Shown here piece after piece: positions 1 to 8,260 of a stretch of DNA of 20,711 bases. Location: NCBI GenBank assembly GCA_019057375.1, contig DXJF01000118.1, positions 1 to 20,711 on the forward strand, read 5' to 3'. This DNA is from Candidatus Heimdallarchaeota archaeon (lineage in GTDB: Archaea; Asgardarchaeota; Heimdallarchaeia; Heimdallarchaeales; Heimdallarchaeaceae). Position 1 is the first letter of the stretch; each line of letters begins with the position of its first letter. The translations under genes were made by a program, and so were the position numbers. Below the pieces are notes generated by a model that had not been told where the DNA came from, searched no databases, and saw only the letters and a program-made list of their open reading frames with translations.

Positions 1-370
1 CTTCCAACCAACTTGTAAATACAGCAAAACACAGGATAATCCCACCTATCAAGATGCCTAAACCTATAGTTTTGATGACAGGTTTAAACTTGTTAAGATT
101 AATACTATTAAGATATTCTTTGAAGGATCTCTTACCGTCAGGTAATTTCAGAAGAGGTACAATAACTAACCATAAAACTACCATAAGTGCGAAATTAATT
201 AGCCAAAAGTTCGCAATATTATTTAAATACCAGTAAGCAACATTTACATTATTTACAGCTAGTATGTTTAGTACAATACTTGGAACTAGCAAAAAAATAA
301 CATAAAGAACTAATACAAGAGTTATTGACCACCAAGGTCTAAGTGAGGTAGGTTTTTTTTCAGTTATCAT
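1..370 (-). CDS. Multi-pass membrane protein, N-terminal part, runs off the left edge (possibly CPBP/CAAX-protease family)
   Basis: Not in the ORF track; translated by hand from ATG at 370: MITEKKPTSLRPWWSITLVLVLYVIFLLVPSIVLNILAVNNVNVAYWYLNNIANFWLINFALMVVLWLVIVPLLKLPDGKRSFKEYLNSINLNKFKPVIKTIGLGILIGGIILCFAVFTSWLE, open to the edge. GGGTGA RBS 5 nt upstream. Three hydrophobic segments; the family call is by resemblance only, as catalytic motifs would lie outside the window. Confidence 0.75.
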   Translation of the reverse strand, partial: MITEKKPTSLRPWWSITLVLVLYVIFLLVPSIVLNILAVNNVNVAYWYLNNIANFWLINFALMVVLWLVIVPLLKLPDGKRSFKEYLNSINLNKFKPVIKTIGLGILIGGIILCFAVFTSWLE

Positions 371-609
371 TTTTTCACCCTTTATTTAACATTTCACAAT
401 CTTCTAATTTTCTCTGATTTACAATAATCATCATAAGCCCTTATATTACTTTTCATGAACTTACACCTAATTTTCTAAAGGTTTAGTTTCATGTAAATAA
501 AACAAATACCAAATTAAACTTATCGTTAAAAAAACGTAAAATCCAAAACAGAAGTATGTTCATGTCTACAGAGAGAAGTATTTTAAAGCAATAGTAAAAA
601 ATTACACTA

Positions 610-849
610 ATGCTTGAAAATGCTGAGTCCACAGAGACTGAAAAAGAGAAAAGGAAATACATAGAGATTGTTATTAGACAATATAAACCTCTTGTATTTG
701 GAGTATTATCTACAGTATGTCTCGTTTTGGCTTCCTTAGAAATAGTAGCGGGTATCTTTTTTGTATTTTCATTAGCTTTTCTCATGACTACAATTATTAC
801 TATTCTAACAGCTCAAAAGGGAAATACTAAAAAACTTAGAGTAATATGA
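610..849 (+). CDS. Small hypothetical membrane protein (79 aa, two predicted TM helices)
   Basis: Charged N-terminus, two hydrophobic stretches (LVFGVLSTVCLVLASL; IVAGIFFVFSLAFLMTTIITIL) and a basic tail; no family recognised. Confidence 0.5.
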   Translation: MLENAESTETEKEKRKYIEIVIRQYKPLVFGVLSTVCLVLASLEIVAGIFFVFSLAFLMTTIITILTAQKGNTKKLRVI

Positions 850-967
850 ATGTCTTCAAAGAAGAATTGTTCTGAAACTAACTCCTTTGCTGAAAAACAA
901 CGTTTTTATGTTAGAATTCAGCAAAGTTAAGCTTGAGAACCTGATTTAAGGTATATTGGGTGAGTTA

Positions 968-1117
968 ATGAAATGCTCTAAATGTGGAAAATTTTTGGTA
1001 AGTATAAGTTTCCAAAAGTACTACTGCAAGGGATGTAACTTACTCTATTACTATTTGATACCAAATCAAAGTCCTAGAATATACAAAATGAGTTCGGAAA
1101 ATATAGCATCAAATTAA
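968..1117 (+). CDS. 49-aa zinc-ribbon microprotein (CxxC-x13-CxxC)
   Basis: Hand translation MKCSKCGKFLVSISFQKYYCKGCNLLYYYLIPNQSPRIYKMSSENIASN*; GGGTGA RBS just upstream of the ATG; below the 60-aa cutoff of the ORF track. Confidence 0.7.
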   Translation: MKCSKCGKFLVSISFQKYYCKGCNLLYYYLIPNQSPRIYKMSSENIASN

Positions 1118-1137
1118 GAGAGGAAAAAGAATTGTTA

Positions 1138-1578
1138 TCATTCCTTGAGATCTGATATATCTGCTCCTGCTTGTTGTAAATGGTGTGCATCATGCTCCCA
1201 GAGAAAAAAGAAACCTACGAATTCTTTATTGTTTTGAGGATATTTAGTCAAGATTTCTTCATAGACAGATAGCATTTGTTCTCGTTTTTGTAGAAATTGT
1301 TTTTCAGCTGCAGCAAAATCCAACCCTTCATTTTCTTCAAAGAATCTTTGATTATATTTGTCTATACTTTCTTCAAGAATTACATGAAAAGGTTTACCTT
1401 GTCTTAATTCATCAGCATATTTTATGATCTCATTATCCCAACCGTAAAGATGAATATACAATTTTTTCTTATCCCAGCCATTTGTAAGGATTGTATCAGG
1501 AGGAATATCTCTGACCATTTGAGTAGATAATTTAAGTTTTTCATTCCACGATTCAGCTTTTTTAAGAAATTCAGTCAT
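1138..1578 (-). CDS. DinB/ClbS-DfsB superfamily four-helix bundle protein
   Basis: GWDKKKLYIHLYGWD matches the DinB W-x-x-K-x-x-x-x-H-L-x-x-W pattern; C-terminal HDAHH supplies the His metal ligands. Confidence 0.7.
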   Translation of the reverse strand: MTEFLKKAESWNEKLKLSTQMVRDIPPDTILTNGWDKKKLYIHLYGWDNEIIKYADELRQGKPFHVILEESIDKYNQRFFEENEGLDFAAAEKQFLQKREQMLSVYEEILTKYPQNNKEFVGFFFLWEHDAHHLQQAGADISDLKE

Positions 1579-1683
1579 GTGCTTACTTTACTAGATGCTT
1601 TATATTTTTTTGTAAAATGTATAACAGTGGTTTTACTTCAGTTTTTATATCATTTTGAATATAATAATATAGGAGAAGTTGTT

Positions 1684-2055
1684 ATGTCAAATAGACTAAC
1701 TCACGTAGTTGTAGGTTTTATTTTCAGTGTCCCTCTAGTAGGTATTTCATATTATTTCTTTTCCAATGATTTTCAATATCTACGCTTAACATTAATTCTA
1801 TCTATTTCCACCTTACCAATATTCATCGGTTCAATTCTTCCCGATATCATAGAACGACCGACTAATCCAGGGCATAGAAAATTTTTCCATTCTTGGTTTA
1901 TGTTGTCTGTCTTCTTTATAGCATCCTTTGTCATAGCATTTGTGGTTATTCCACGATATGATAACCTAATCTATATCTATTTTATCTTTGGTTTTCTTTT
2001 AGGTTACTTCAGTCATCTACTTCTAGATGCGACTACCAAAAGCAGCTTACAATAA
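1684..2055 (+). CDS. Membrane-bound metal-dependent hydrolase (YdjM/LexA-regulated hydrolase family)
   Basis: Motifs THVVVG, GSILPDIIE, HRKFFHS and GYFSHLLLD. Start moved from 1579 to ATG 1684 (AGGAG RBS upstream); the longer version would abut the divergent DinB start with no promoter space. Confidence 0.8.
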   Translation: MSNRLTHVVVGFIFSVPLVGISYYFFSNDFQYLRLTLILSISTLPIFIGSILPDIIERPTNPGHRKFFHSWFMLSVFFIASFVIAFVVIPRYDNLIYIYFIFGFLLGYFSHLLLDATTKSSLQ

Positions 2056-2200
2056 AGAAAAAGGATTTAGAAGTGAGATCTATTCCGCTTACCAGAATAA
2101 ATAAGAACGTAGAGATAACCCTAGATAAATTACCCGTCTCAACAGCTGAAATGTTAGAAAAAATTATAATCTCTTTATTTATTCATAGTTTGAGTCAGAT

Positions 2201-3610
2201 ATGAATACCTTAAATGAAGAGAAACTGATTCAGAAGCAGATTCTCAAAGAACCACTTATGTGGAAGTTCAAATTATACGGTTTCTTCAAGAATTTACGAT
2301 TTTTTGAACCATATCTGATTATAATACTCTATGATTATCTTTCCAAATCCTACCAAGACTCAATTTACTTTTTGACTGGATTTTATCAAATATCACTTAA
2401 GACTTCCTTTAGCTCTCCTGAGGGTATTTCTTTCATTCTTTTTAAGATTGGATTGATTTTCTTAGTTCAAGAAGTAATTACTTATGTTTTAGAAGTTCCC
2501 TCTGGTATTCTTGCTGATAAATTTGGAAAAAAGAATGAACTTCTCTTTTGCTTCATCTTCTATATTTTATCTTTCGTGATTTATTTTATAGGTATTAGTC
2601 TTCCATTCAGATTCTTCTTTGTAATTTTCCTTGGAGCAGCAACCTATGGTTTAGGAGAAGCGTTTAGATCTGGAACTCACAAAGCTATGATTTTGACGTG
2701 GATGGATAAGAAAAACTACCAAGATCACAAAACTTTTGTCTATGGTAGAACAAGATCTTGGTCTTTAATTGGCTCGACATTGAACGGATTAATATCAATA
2801 ATTTTTATTTTATTCGTTCCTAATGCGCAGTGGGTTTTTCTAATAACAATTATACCCTATATTATAGATTTCTCATTAGTTGCTTCTTATCCATCATATA
2901 TGAATAAAAGAGTAACAACGGAAAAGAATGTTTTAAAGGAATTTGGAAGAGGTTACAAGGATATATTTGTAGCTATGAAGAGTCGACAGATGAGAAAAGG
3001 CATCTTTTCATCATCGAGTTATGATGCGGTTTACAAAAGTCTGAAAGACTATATTCAACCAATACTGAAAATATACATTGTATTTGTACTACTCAATGTT
3101 GGGCTCAAAGGAAACCTGAACTTAGCTGAAGATGATATAATAAAAATAATTTTAGGTGTGATGTATGCAGTTTTCTATCTCATTTCATCAATATCATCCC
3201 TCAATGCTTACAGAATAAAGAAACTATTCAAGAAATCGAAATCTGCTATGGACATAATATTTTACATATTTGCAGGAATTCTTTTATTAAATGCCTTGTT
3301 CATACATTTTGAACTTCCAATTGTAGTGGTTTTTCTTTATTTGTTTATTTATATTTTAGAAAATATTCGAAGACCAATAAGTGTTGATTATTTAGGAGAT
3401 ATAATGAAAAAAGAGCAAAGAGCTACTATGCTTAGTGTTGAAGCTCAAATCAAATCTATACTAGTTTTTATTTTTGCTCCTTTATTCGGTTTAATCGCAG
3501 ATTTCAATATTCCTATCTTGTTCCTTGGGATTGGAATCCTGATGGTAATAGTTAACTTCTTTATAAGTGGGGATGGGGAAAGCAAATCTTTAGAAATTAA
3601 GAAGAAATAA
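2201..3610 (+). CDS. Major facilitator superfamily transporter
   Basis: About 12 hydrophobic segments, motif A variant EVPSGILADKFGKK, GLGEAFRSGT in TM4, and KEQRATMLSVE in the second half. Confidence 0.9.
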   Translation: MNTLNEEKLIQKQILKEPLMWKFKLYGFFKNLRFFEPYLIIILYDYLSKSYQDSIYFLTGFYQISLKTSFSSPEGISFILFKIGLIFLVQEVITYVLEVPSGILADKFGKKNELLFCFIFYILSFVIYFIGISLPFRFFFVIFLGAATYGLGEAFRSGTHKAMILTWMDKKNYQDHKTFVYGRTRSWSLIGSTLNGLISIIFILFVPNAQWVFLITIIPYIIDFSLVASYPSYMNKRVTTEKNVLKEFGRGYKDIFVAMKSRQMRKGIFSSSSYDAVYKSLKDYIQPILKIYIVFVLLNVGLKGNLNLAEDDIIKIILGVMYAVFYLISSISSLNAYRIKKLFKKSKSAMDIIFYIFAGILLLNALFIHFELPIVVVFLYLFIYILENIRRPISVDYLGDIMKKEQRATMLSVEAQIKSILVFIFAPLFGLIADFNIPILFLGIGILMVIVNFFISGDGESKSLEIKKK

Positions 3611-3666
3611 CTCGTAGCACTTCATCGAACGTAATTTAGGAGCTAAAGTTGACAATTGCTAAATTT

Positions 3667-3674
3667 TTTATAAA
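3667..3674 (+). promoter_or_regulatory. Putative TATA box of the flavodoxin gene
   Basis: TTTATAAA about 48 nt upstream of ATG 3722, with a GGTGA RBS at 3712-3716. Confidence 0.45.
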
Positions 3675-3721
3675 GCCTTCACTGACTTAGTCATAAATAA
3701 CGCAATTATACGGTGAATCTT

Positions 3722-4267
3722 ATGAGTGAAACATTAATCGTTTATGGTACTAGATATAGTGCAACAACAGAAGCATGTGCTGAAATACAAAAAATTCTTG
3801 AAAGAGAGTATAATCAACATGTTGAAATCTGGGATTTAGAGAATTATAGAGCTTGCCCAGATCTCAGTGAATATGATAACATTATTATCGCTAGTGGAAT
3901 CAAATATGGAAAATGGACTAAGAATGCACAGAAGTACTTGAGTAATAATTTTGAAGGTAAAAAGGTTGCAGTTTTCATCTCTTCAGCTTTTGCTGGTGAT
4001 GAAGATTTTTATGAGTATGCTTATGAAAATTTTCTAATCAAAGTTATAGAAGAGTACCCTAATCTGGAACCTGTTGCTAAAGCAGCTTTTGGAGGAAGGA
4101 TTCCAAAGAAAGAATTACCAGAGTTTGCTAAAGGACCTAAGAAATTTATACCAGAAATAGCTAGTAGTCAAATACTTACAAGATTACATGAGAATCAGTA
4201 TGATAATAGAGACTGGGAGAAAATTGAAAAATGGGCTCATAAAGTAGGAAAACTATTCAATAGTTAA
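3722..4267 (+). CDS. Flavodoxin-domain protein (HemG/Flavodoxin_5-like)
   Basis: TLIVYGTRYSATTEAC FMN-phosphate loop, LSEYDNIIIASGIKYGKW, KVAVFIS, AFGGRI and terminal DWEKIEKWA. Start placed at ATG 3722 after the GGTGA RBS. Confidence 0.85.
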   Translation: MSETLIVYGTRYSATTEACAEIQKILEREYNQHVEIWDLENYRACPDLSEYDNIIIASGIKYGKWTKNAQKYLSNNFEGKKVAVFISSAFAGDEDFYEYAYENFLIKVIEEYPNLEPVAKAAFGGRIPKKELPEFAKGPKKFIPEIASSQILTRLHENQYDNRDWEKIEKWAHKVGKLFNS

Positions 4268-4274
4268 TCTGAAT

Positions 4275-4796
4275 CTAATAGATTCTCAACAATTCTATTT
4301 TCTCAAAATTTCCATCTTTTAAGTATATTCTTACACCTTCGCACGTCCCGAGATATTTTCCCCAAGAACCATAGTCCTCATTAGGGAAACAACCTATGGT
4401 CACCAGTTCAATTAACCCTCCATGGCTAACAAGCAATGCAGAACCATTATCTGGTAGCTTTTTTGCAAATTCCAGTAGAAAATTAACCATCTCTTGAACA
4501 TACTTGTATGTTTTGCCCTCTTTTCTAATCACATCGGCAAACTCACTAAAATTCATCCCCCAAACAACTTCATCTTCAATATAATCAGGGGTTATGCTTA
4601 GTTCGTCACATATCTCATCAACAGCATACCCCATCGCTACAGCTGTTTCTATCGCTCTTGGAGCATAGCTAGAACCCACTAGATCATATTCTCCTAGTTC
4701 CTCTCCTATTTTTCGAGCTTTATCAATTCCTTCTTGGTTTAGATGTGGAGAAGGTTTTGTTCGTTTTGAGTGTCGTCTAAATTCCAGAACTTTCAT
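4275..4796 (-). CDS. Histidine phosphatase (phosphoglycerate mutase-like/SixA superfamily)
   Basis: RHS variant of the RHG motif (FRRHSKRT), SSYAPRAIETA, and LLVSHGG with the second catalytic His. Confidence 0.85.
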   Translation of the reverse strand: MKVLEFRRHSKRTKPSPHLNQEGIDKARKIGEELGEYDLVGSSYAPRAIETAVAMGYAVDEICDELSITPDYIEDEVVWGMNFSEFADVIRKEGKTYKYVQEMVNFLLEFAKKLPDNGSALLVSHGGLIELVTIGCFPNEDYGSWGKYLGTCEGVRIYLKDGNFEKIELLRIY

Positions 4797-4912
4797 CACC
4801 CTTAGATTAGCTTTGAGTCTAATATGTTTTGTGACTAACCTAAGATGTTTTCATATTTACTGGATAAAACAAAATTGTTATTAGTATAAAGTAAGAGACA
4901 TTATTGAAATCT

Positions 4913-6280
4913 ATGAGCTTTCTAAAATCAAAAATATTCATTATTAGCATGGCAGTTTTAGTAGCAATTGCTATCATTACTCCTATTACAATTATTCTTT
5001 TAAAAGATGCAACTCCACCCACCATTCAAATACTCAATCCCAAAAATGGATACAGTTATTCTGGAATTGTATTGATTGAAATTACAACTGAAGATGATTC
5101 TAAAGTGAAGAAAATAGAGATTTTTATTGATGATATTCTTCAAGATGAATCGTCAACATATAACTGGGATACTACAGTGTATTTAGACGGTTTTCATAAT
5201 ATAACAGCTGTCGCTACATATAAATCAAGAAACACTGCTACAGCTTCAATAATATGCACTGTAGATAATTTCATCAACCCTACACCAACTTATGAATTTA
5301 AAGTTCTTAATTACAATGTCAAAGAATCTGGTATAGGAGATGAATGGATGGAGGTTGTTAAAGCAGAAAATCCAGACATAGCCATTTTTGTAGAAACAGG
5401 TACATGGGATAATAGTGGAAATAAGAAATTAAACGATATAATCAATCAGTTCAACGGTTATTTCTATGAAGAAGCCCCTTATTCAGGTTATACAACAACG
5501 GGCTCTACTTACAGCACGGTAGGACAAGCTATTCTTAGTCGATACCCGATTCTTGAATTTAATCAGATTGATGATTTTACTCTAGATGATGATTCTTACT
5601 ATAACCAAGCAGCTCATCCTCTTATTCACACTATTGTAGACATTCAAGGGAAGGAAGTACATATCTTAGGATATCACCTTAAATGTTGTGAAGGCGATTT
5701 TGAAGAGCAACGTAGAGAAAAAGAACAAGAAGGGATAATTAATTACATGGATGATTTAGGTGATGTTCCTATCATGTATGTAGGTGACTTGAATTCTCTT
5801 TCGCCTGCTGATGTAAGTGACACCACAAGAGGTACGTTCACTGATTATGGGTATGGTCCTGCAACAATGTTACTTAATCCAAGTGATGAAACATATGGTA
5901 ATTACTCTTCGAAAGTTCATAATTTTACAGACGTTTATAGGACTCTTCATCCAAGCAATCCAGGTCACACATTTAATATTCTCAACTATGAGGCGCGAAT
6001 AGATTTCATTTTTGTAAATCAATATTTCAATAACACTTTGATAAGTTCTAATATTGGAATTGGTACTGAATTAGATGACACAGCATCAGATCACTATTCT
6101 GTAGATGCATTAATTTCGATTACTAATATTTCTATTCTACCTAAATCAGAAAAAACGAAACAGATCTATTATTCTCTTACTGAAACAACAAGAGTACTTG
6201 AAGATTTAGAAATCAAGAATGTAGAACTAATCACACTCGATATTTCTTTCTATTGGACTAAACGAAACATAAGATTGTGA
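4913..6280 (+). CDS. Membrane-anchored Ig-like domain + endonuclease/exonuclease/phosphatase (EEP) protein
   Basis: N-terminal basic plus hydrophobic anchor; PPTIQILNPKNG...IEIFIDD...GFHNITAVA Ig-like domain; EEP motifs VLNYNV, IFVETG, YHLK, VGDLNS, RIDFIFV and SDHY. Confidence 0.85.
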   Translation: MSFLKSKIFIISMAVLVAIAIITPITIILLKDATPPTIQILNPKNGYSYSGIVLIEITTEDDSKVKKIEIFIDDILQDESSTYNWDTTVYLDGFHNITAVATYKSRNTATASIICTVDNFINPTPTYEFKVLNYNVKESGIGDEWMEVVKAENPDIAIFVETGTWDNSGNKKLNDIINQFNGYFYEEAPYSGYTTTGSTYSTVGQAILSRYPILEFNQIDDFTLDDDSYYNQAAHPLIHTIVDIQGKEVHILGYHLKCCEGDFEEQRREKEQEGIINYMDDLGDVPIMYVGDLNSLSPADVSDTTRGTFTDYGYGPATMLLNPSDETYGNYSSKVHNFTDVYRTLHPSNPGHTFNILNYEARIDFIFVNQYFNNTLISSNIGIGTELDDTASDHYSVDALISITNISILPKSEKTKQIYYSLTETTRVLEDLEIKNVELITLDISFYWTKRNIRL

Positions 6281-6359
6281 TGTTTCTAAGTCTTTTTTTC
6301 TTCTTTTTCCATAATATCTTTATACTTGAATTCTAATCTTATTAGTTGGTAATTCATTT

Positions 6360-7016
6360 ATGTCGGGTGAAGAAAGAACTCAGAAAGAAGTTATTGACAC
6401 AATTCTTCATTGTTCTGTTTTAGTAAGTGATACTCTAATTCGAATGGCTGATCTTATCACACTAACACTTCTTTATCATCCAGGTATTGAGGAAAGAGTA
6501 GATAAAATGGAACAACTTTACCAAAATGTTCTCAATTTCATCGATGATATAACTTCTACCATCTATCAGCCCCTAGATAAAGAGTGTATGTCAATCAATC
6601 AATATGACCCAATATTCACCAATCTAAAGAATGTTGCTAAATTAATGGCAGATTTAGTCGCCTTATTATCTCAAGAACACCTTAACATGCACTTACAAAC
6701 AATGGAATATTTCTATAACTTGAATAAATCGATACTTGAATGCATTAATGTCTTTATCCACTTGGTACATGCAAGTTCTACAGATATACAGAATTTTGAT
6801 AAAGTAATAATAACTGGTATTGAAATAGGTGCTCACCAGCTTTATAGGTCATTATTAAAGGAATTATCGGCAGAAAATAGTGAATGGCAAGAGACTTTTG
6901 TTTTATATTTAATTGGAGACAAAATGAGTTCTATAGTTTTTCATTGTTGTGAGGCATGTAAGAAGATGTATGCTTCTAGATTGGTTATAATTGGGTCAAA
7001 AAGAGAGAATCAATGA
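6360..7016 (+). CDS. Divergent DUF47/PhoU-like helical bundle protein
   Basis: 218 aa, all-helical with two repeats; IEIGAHQLYRSLLKEL resembles the DUF47 LExEADxxYRxxLxxL pattern and IGDKMSSIVFHC resembles IxDxLExIADxC. Acidic motifs are degenerate. Confidence 0.55.
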   Translation: MSGEERTQKEVIDTILHCSVLVSDTLIRMADLITLTLLYHPGIEERVDKMEQLYQNVLNFIDDITSTIYQPLDKECMSINQYDPIFTNLKNVAKLMADLVALLSQEHLNMHLQTMEYFYNLNKSILECINVFIHLVHASSTDIQNFDKVIITGIEIGAHQLYRSLLKELSAENSEWQETFVLYLIGDKMSSIVFHCCEACKKMYASRLVIIGSKRENQ

Positions 7017-7121
7017 GCAAACCTAGAGAACACTTTCCAAATCGCTCAATTTATTGGATATAAATATACAAAAAGACAAGGTTATATATAGAATCAATCG
7101 ATTTCTAACAAAGGGGAGTTA

Positions 7122-7886
7122 ATGACCTTAGAATTATTTAATATAAATGATAAAATGAAGATTGTTAATGGATTACCCTTACTGTTATTAGAGGATATTA
7201 ATGCTCTAATCGCAGCTGATCTTCATTTGGGTATTGAATCTATCATGAGAGAAGAAGGAACACTTGCTCCCCATAATCAAACCGATAAACTTATTGAAAT
7301 TTTTATTACTTATCTTACTAAACTTAAACCAAAATATCTCATTCTCAATGGAGATGTTAAACATAGTTTTAGCGAACCTTCTAAAATTGAGAATAGAGAT
7401 GTAAAAAAATTCATAGGAAAAGTTTCCTCCAAAGTATCTCAAGTCCACATCATTAAAGGGAATCATGATGTCTTTCTGACATGGGCTTTGCAAGAGTTTG
7501 ATAATGTTACACTTCATGAGGTGTTCTTTCATTTAGAAGAATACTTCTTTATTCATGGTGATCAACAACTTCCTGAAACCATTCCAGAAAAAACTCAGTA
7601 CATAATAATCGGTCATGAACATCCTGTTTTACAAGCTCGAATTAAAAGTTTACAGAAGATTAGAGCTCAAGCATTTATGTTAGGTCCTCTCAACAATATG
7701 ACTAAGAAAATTTTAGTTCTTCCAGCTTTTACAAACTATTCAGCTGGAACTCCTATCAATCCAAAGAATAAGTCTAATCTATTGTCTCCTATTTTACGTG
7801 AAAAAGTTGACTTAGAGAAAGTTGAAATGTTTGTTTTAAGTGATAACGAAGTTTTTCATTTCCCTGAATTCAGATTGTGGTATTAA
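7122..7886 (+). CDS. Calcineurin-like metallophosphoesterase (archaeal COG1407/MJ0037 type)
   Basis: ADLHLG, LNGDVKH, KGNHD, IHGD, GHEHP and LVLPAF motifs; GGGGAG RBS. Confidence 0.9.
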   Translation: MTLELFNINDKMKIVNGLPLLLLEDINALIAADLHLGIESIMREEGTLAPHNQTDKLIEIFITYLTKLKPKYLILNGDVKHSFSEPSKIENRDVKKFIGKVSSKVSQVHIIKGNHDVFLTWALQEFDNVTLHEVFFHLEEYFFIHGDQQLPETIPEKTQYIIIGHEHPVLQARIKSLQKIRAQAFMLGPLNNMTKKILVLPAFTNYSAGTPINPKNKSNLLSPILREKVDLEKVEMFVLSDNEVFHFPEFRLWY

Positions 7887-7962
7887 TCCAAGGAATCCCT
7901 AAAGTTAATAAACTAATAATCAATAATAATTATGCAATTATTGATGAGCTCCGTTGATAGGT

Positions 7963-8247
7963 ATGTCTCCGAAAGAAAGTTTTCGCCCTACAATTTGTAT
8001 ATTCCCTTGTCCGGTTTGTGCTATAGATTCCGATTTGGAAATCTTTGAAGAAGCAACTCGTTCTACCCTCTATTGTCGAACTTGCGGAAGGGTATACATA
8101 TGTAATTTACCATTAGGAATCATTCATGTGAGCGAGGAGAAAAGATATATTTGTCCAATTGACCATTCTGAATTAGAAGAATCTCCTTTTAGAGCAAGAG
8201 AAATTGAATTACTTATCGAAAAGGCTAAAGAAGGTAAAGAATCCTAA
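7963..8247 (+). CDS. Small zinc-finger protein
   Basis: CPVC...CRTC zinc ribbon plus additional C, C and CPIDH residues; ends 13 nt before DHS. Confidence 0.7.
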   Translation: MSPKESFRPTICIFPCPVCAIDSDLEIFEEATRSTLYCRTCGRVYICNLPLGIIHVSEEKRYICPIDHSELEESPFRAREIELLIEKAKEGKES

Positions 8248-8260
8248 GCGTTAGAGACTA

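Noticed and set aside
54-236. 60-aa + strand ORF from the track
   Set aside because: Antisense shadow of the longer RBS-bearing membrane protein gene at 1-370 (-).
489-785. 98-aa - strand ORF
   Set aside because: Antisense to the more protein-like 610..849 ORF, no RBS, and low-complexity F/L/I composition typical of AT-rich shadows.
2073-2204. 43-codon GTG-started frame overlapping the MFS start (ATGA)
   Set aside because: No clear RBS, motif or recognisable composition; open frames of this length occur by chance. It cannot be excluded as a leader peptide.
4271-4285. GAATCTA-A-TAGATTC inverted repeat between convergent genes
   Set aside because: A 1-nt loop cannot form a hairpin, it is partly coding, and the AT-rich 7-bp arms are expected by chance.
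4801-4844. Imperfect 10-bp inverted repeat CTTAGATTAG / CTAACCTAAG in the phosphatase-EEP divergent promoter
   Set aside because: One mismatch, AT-rich and no second copy; it may be an operator but cannot be supported.
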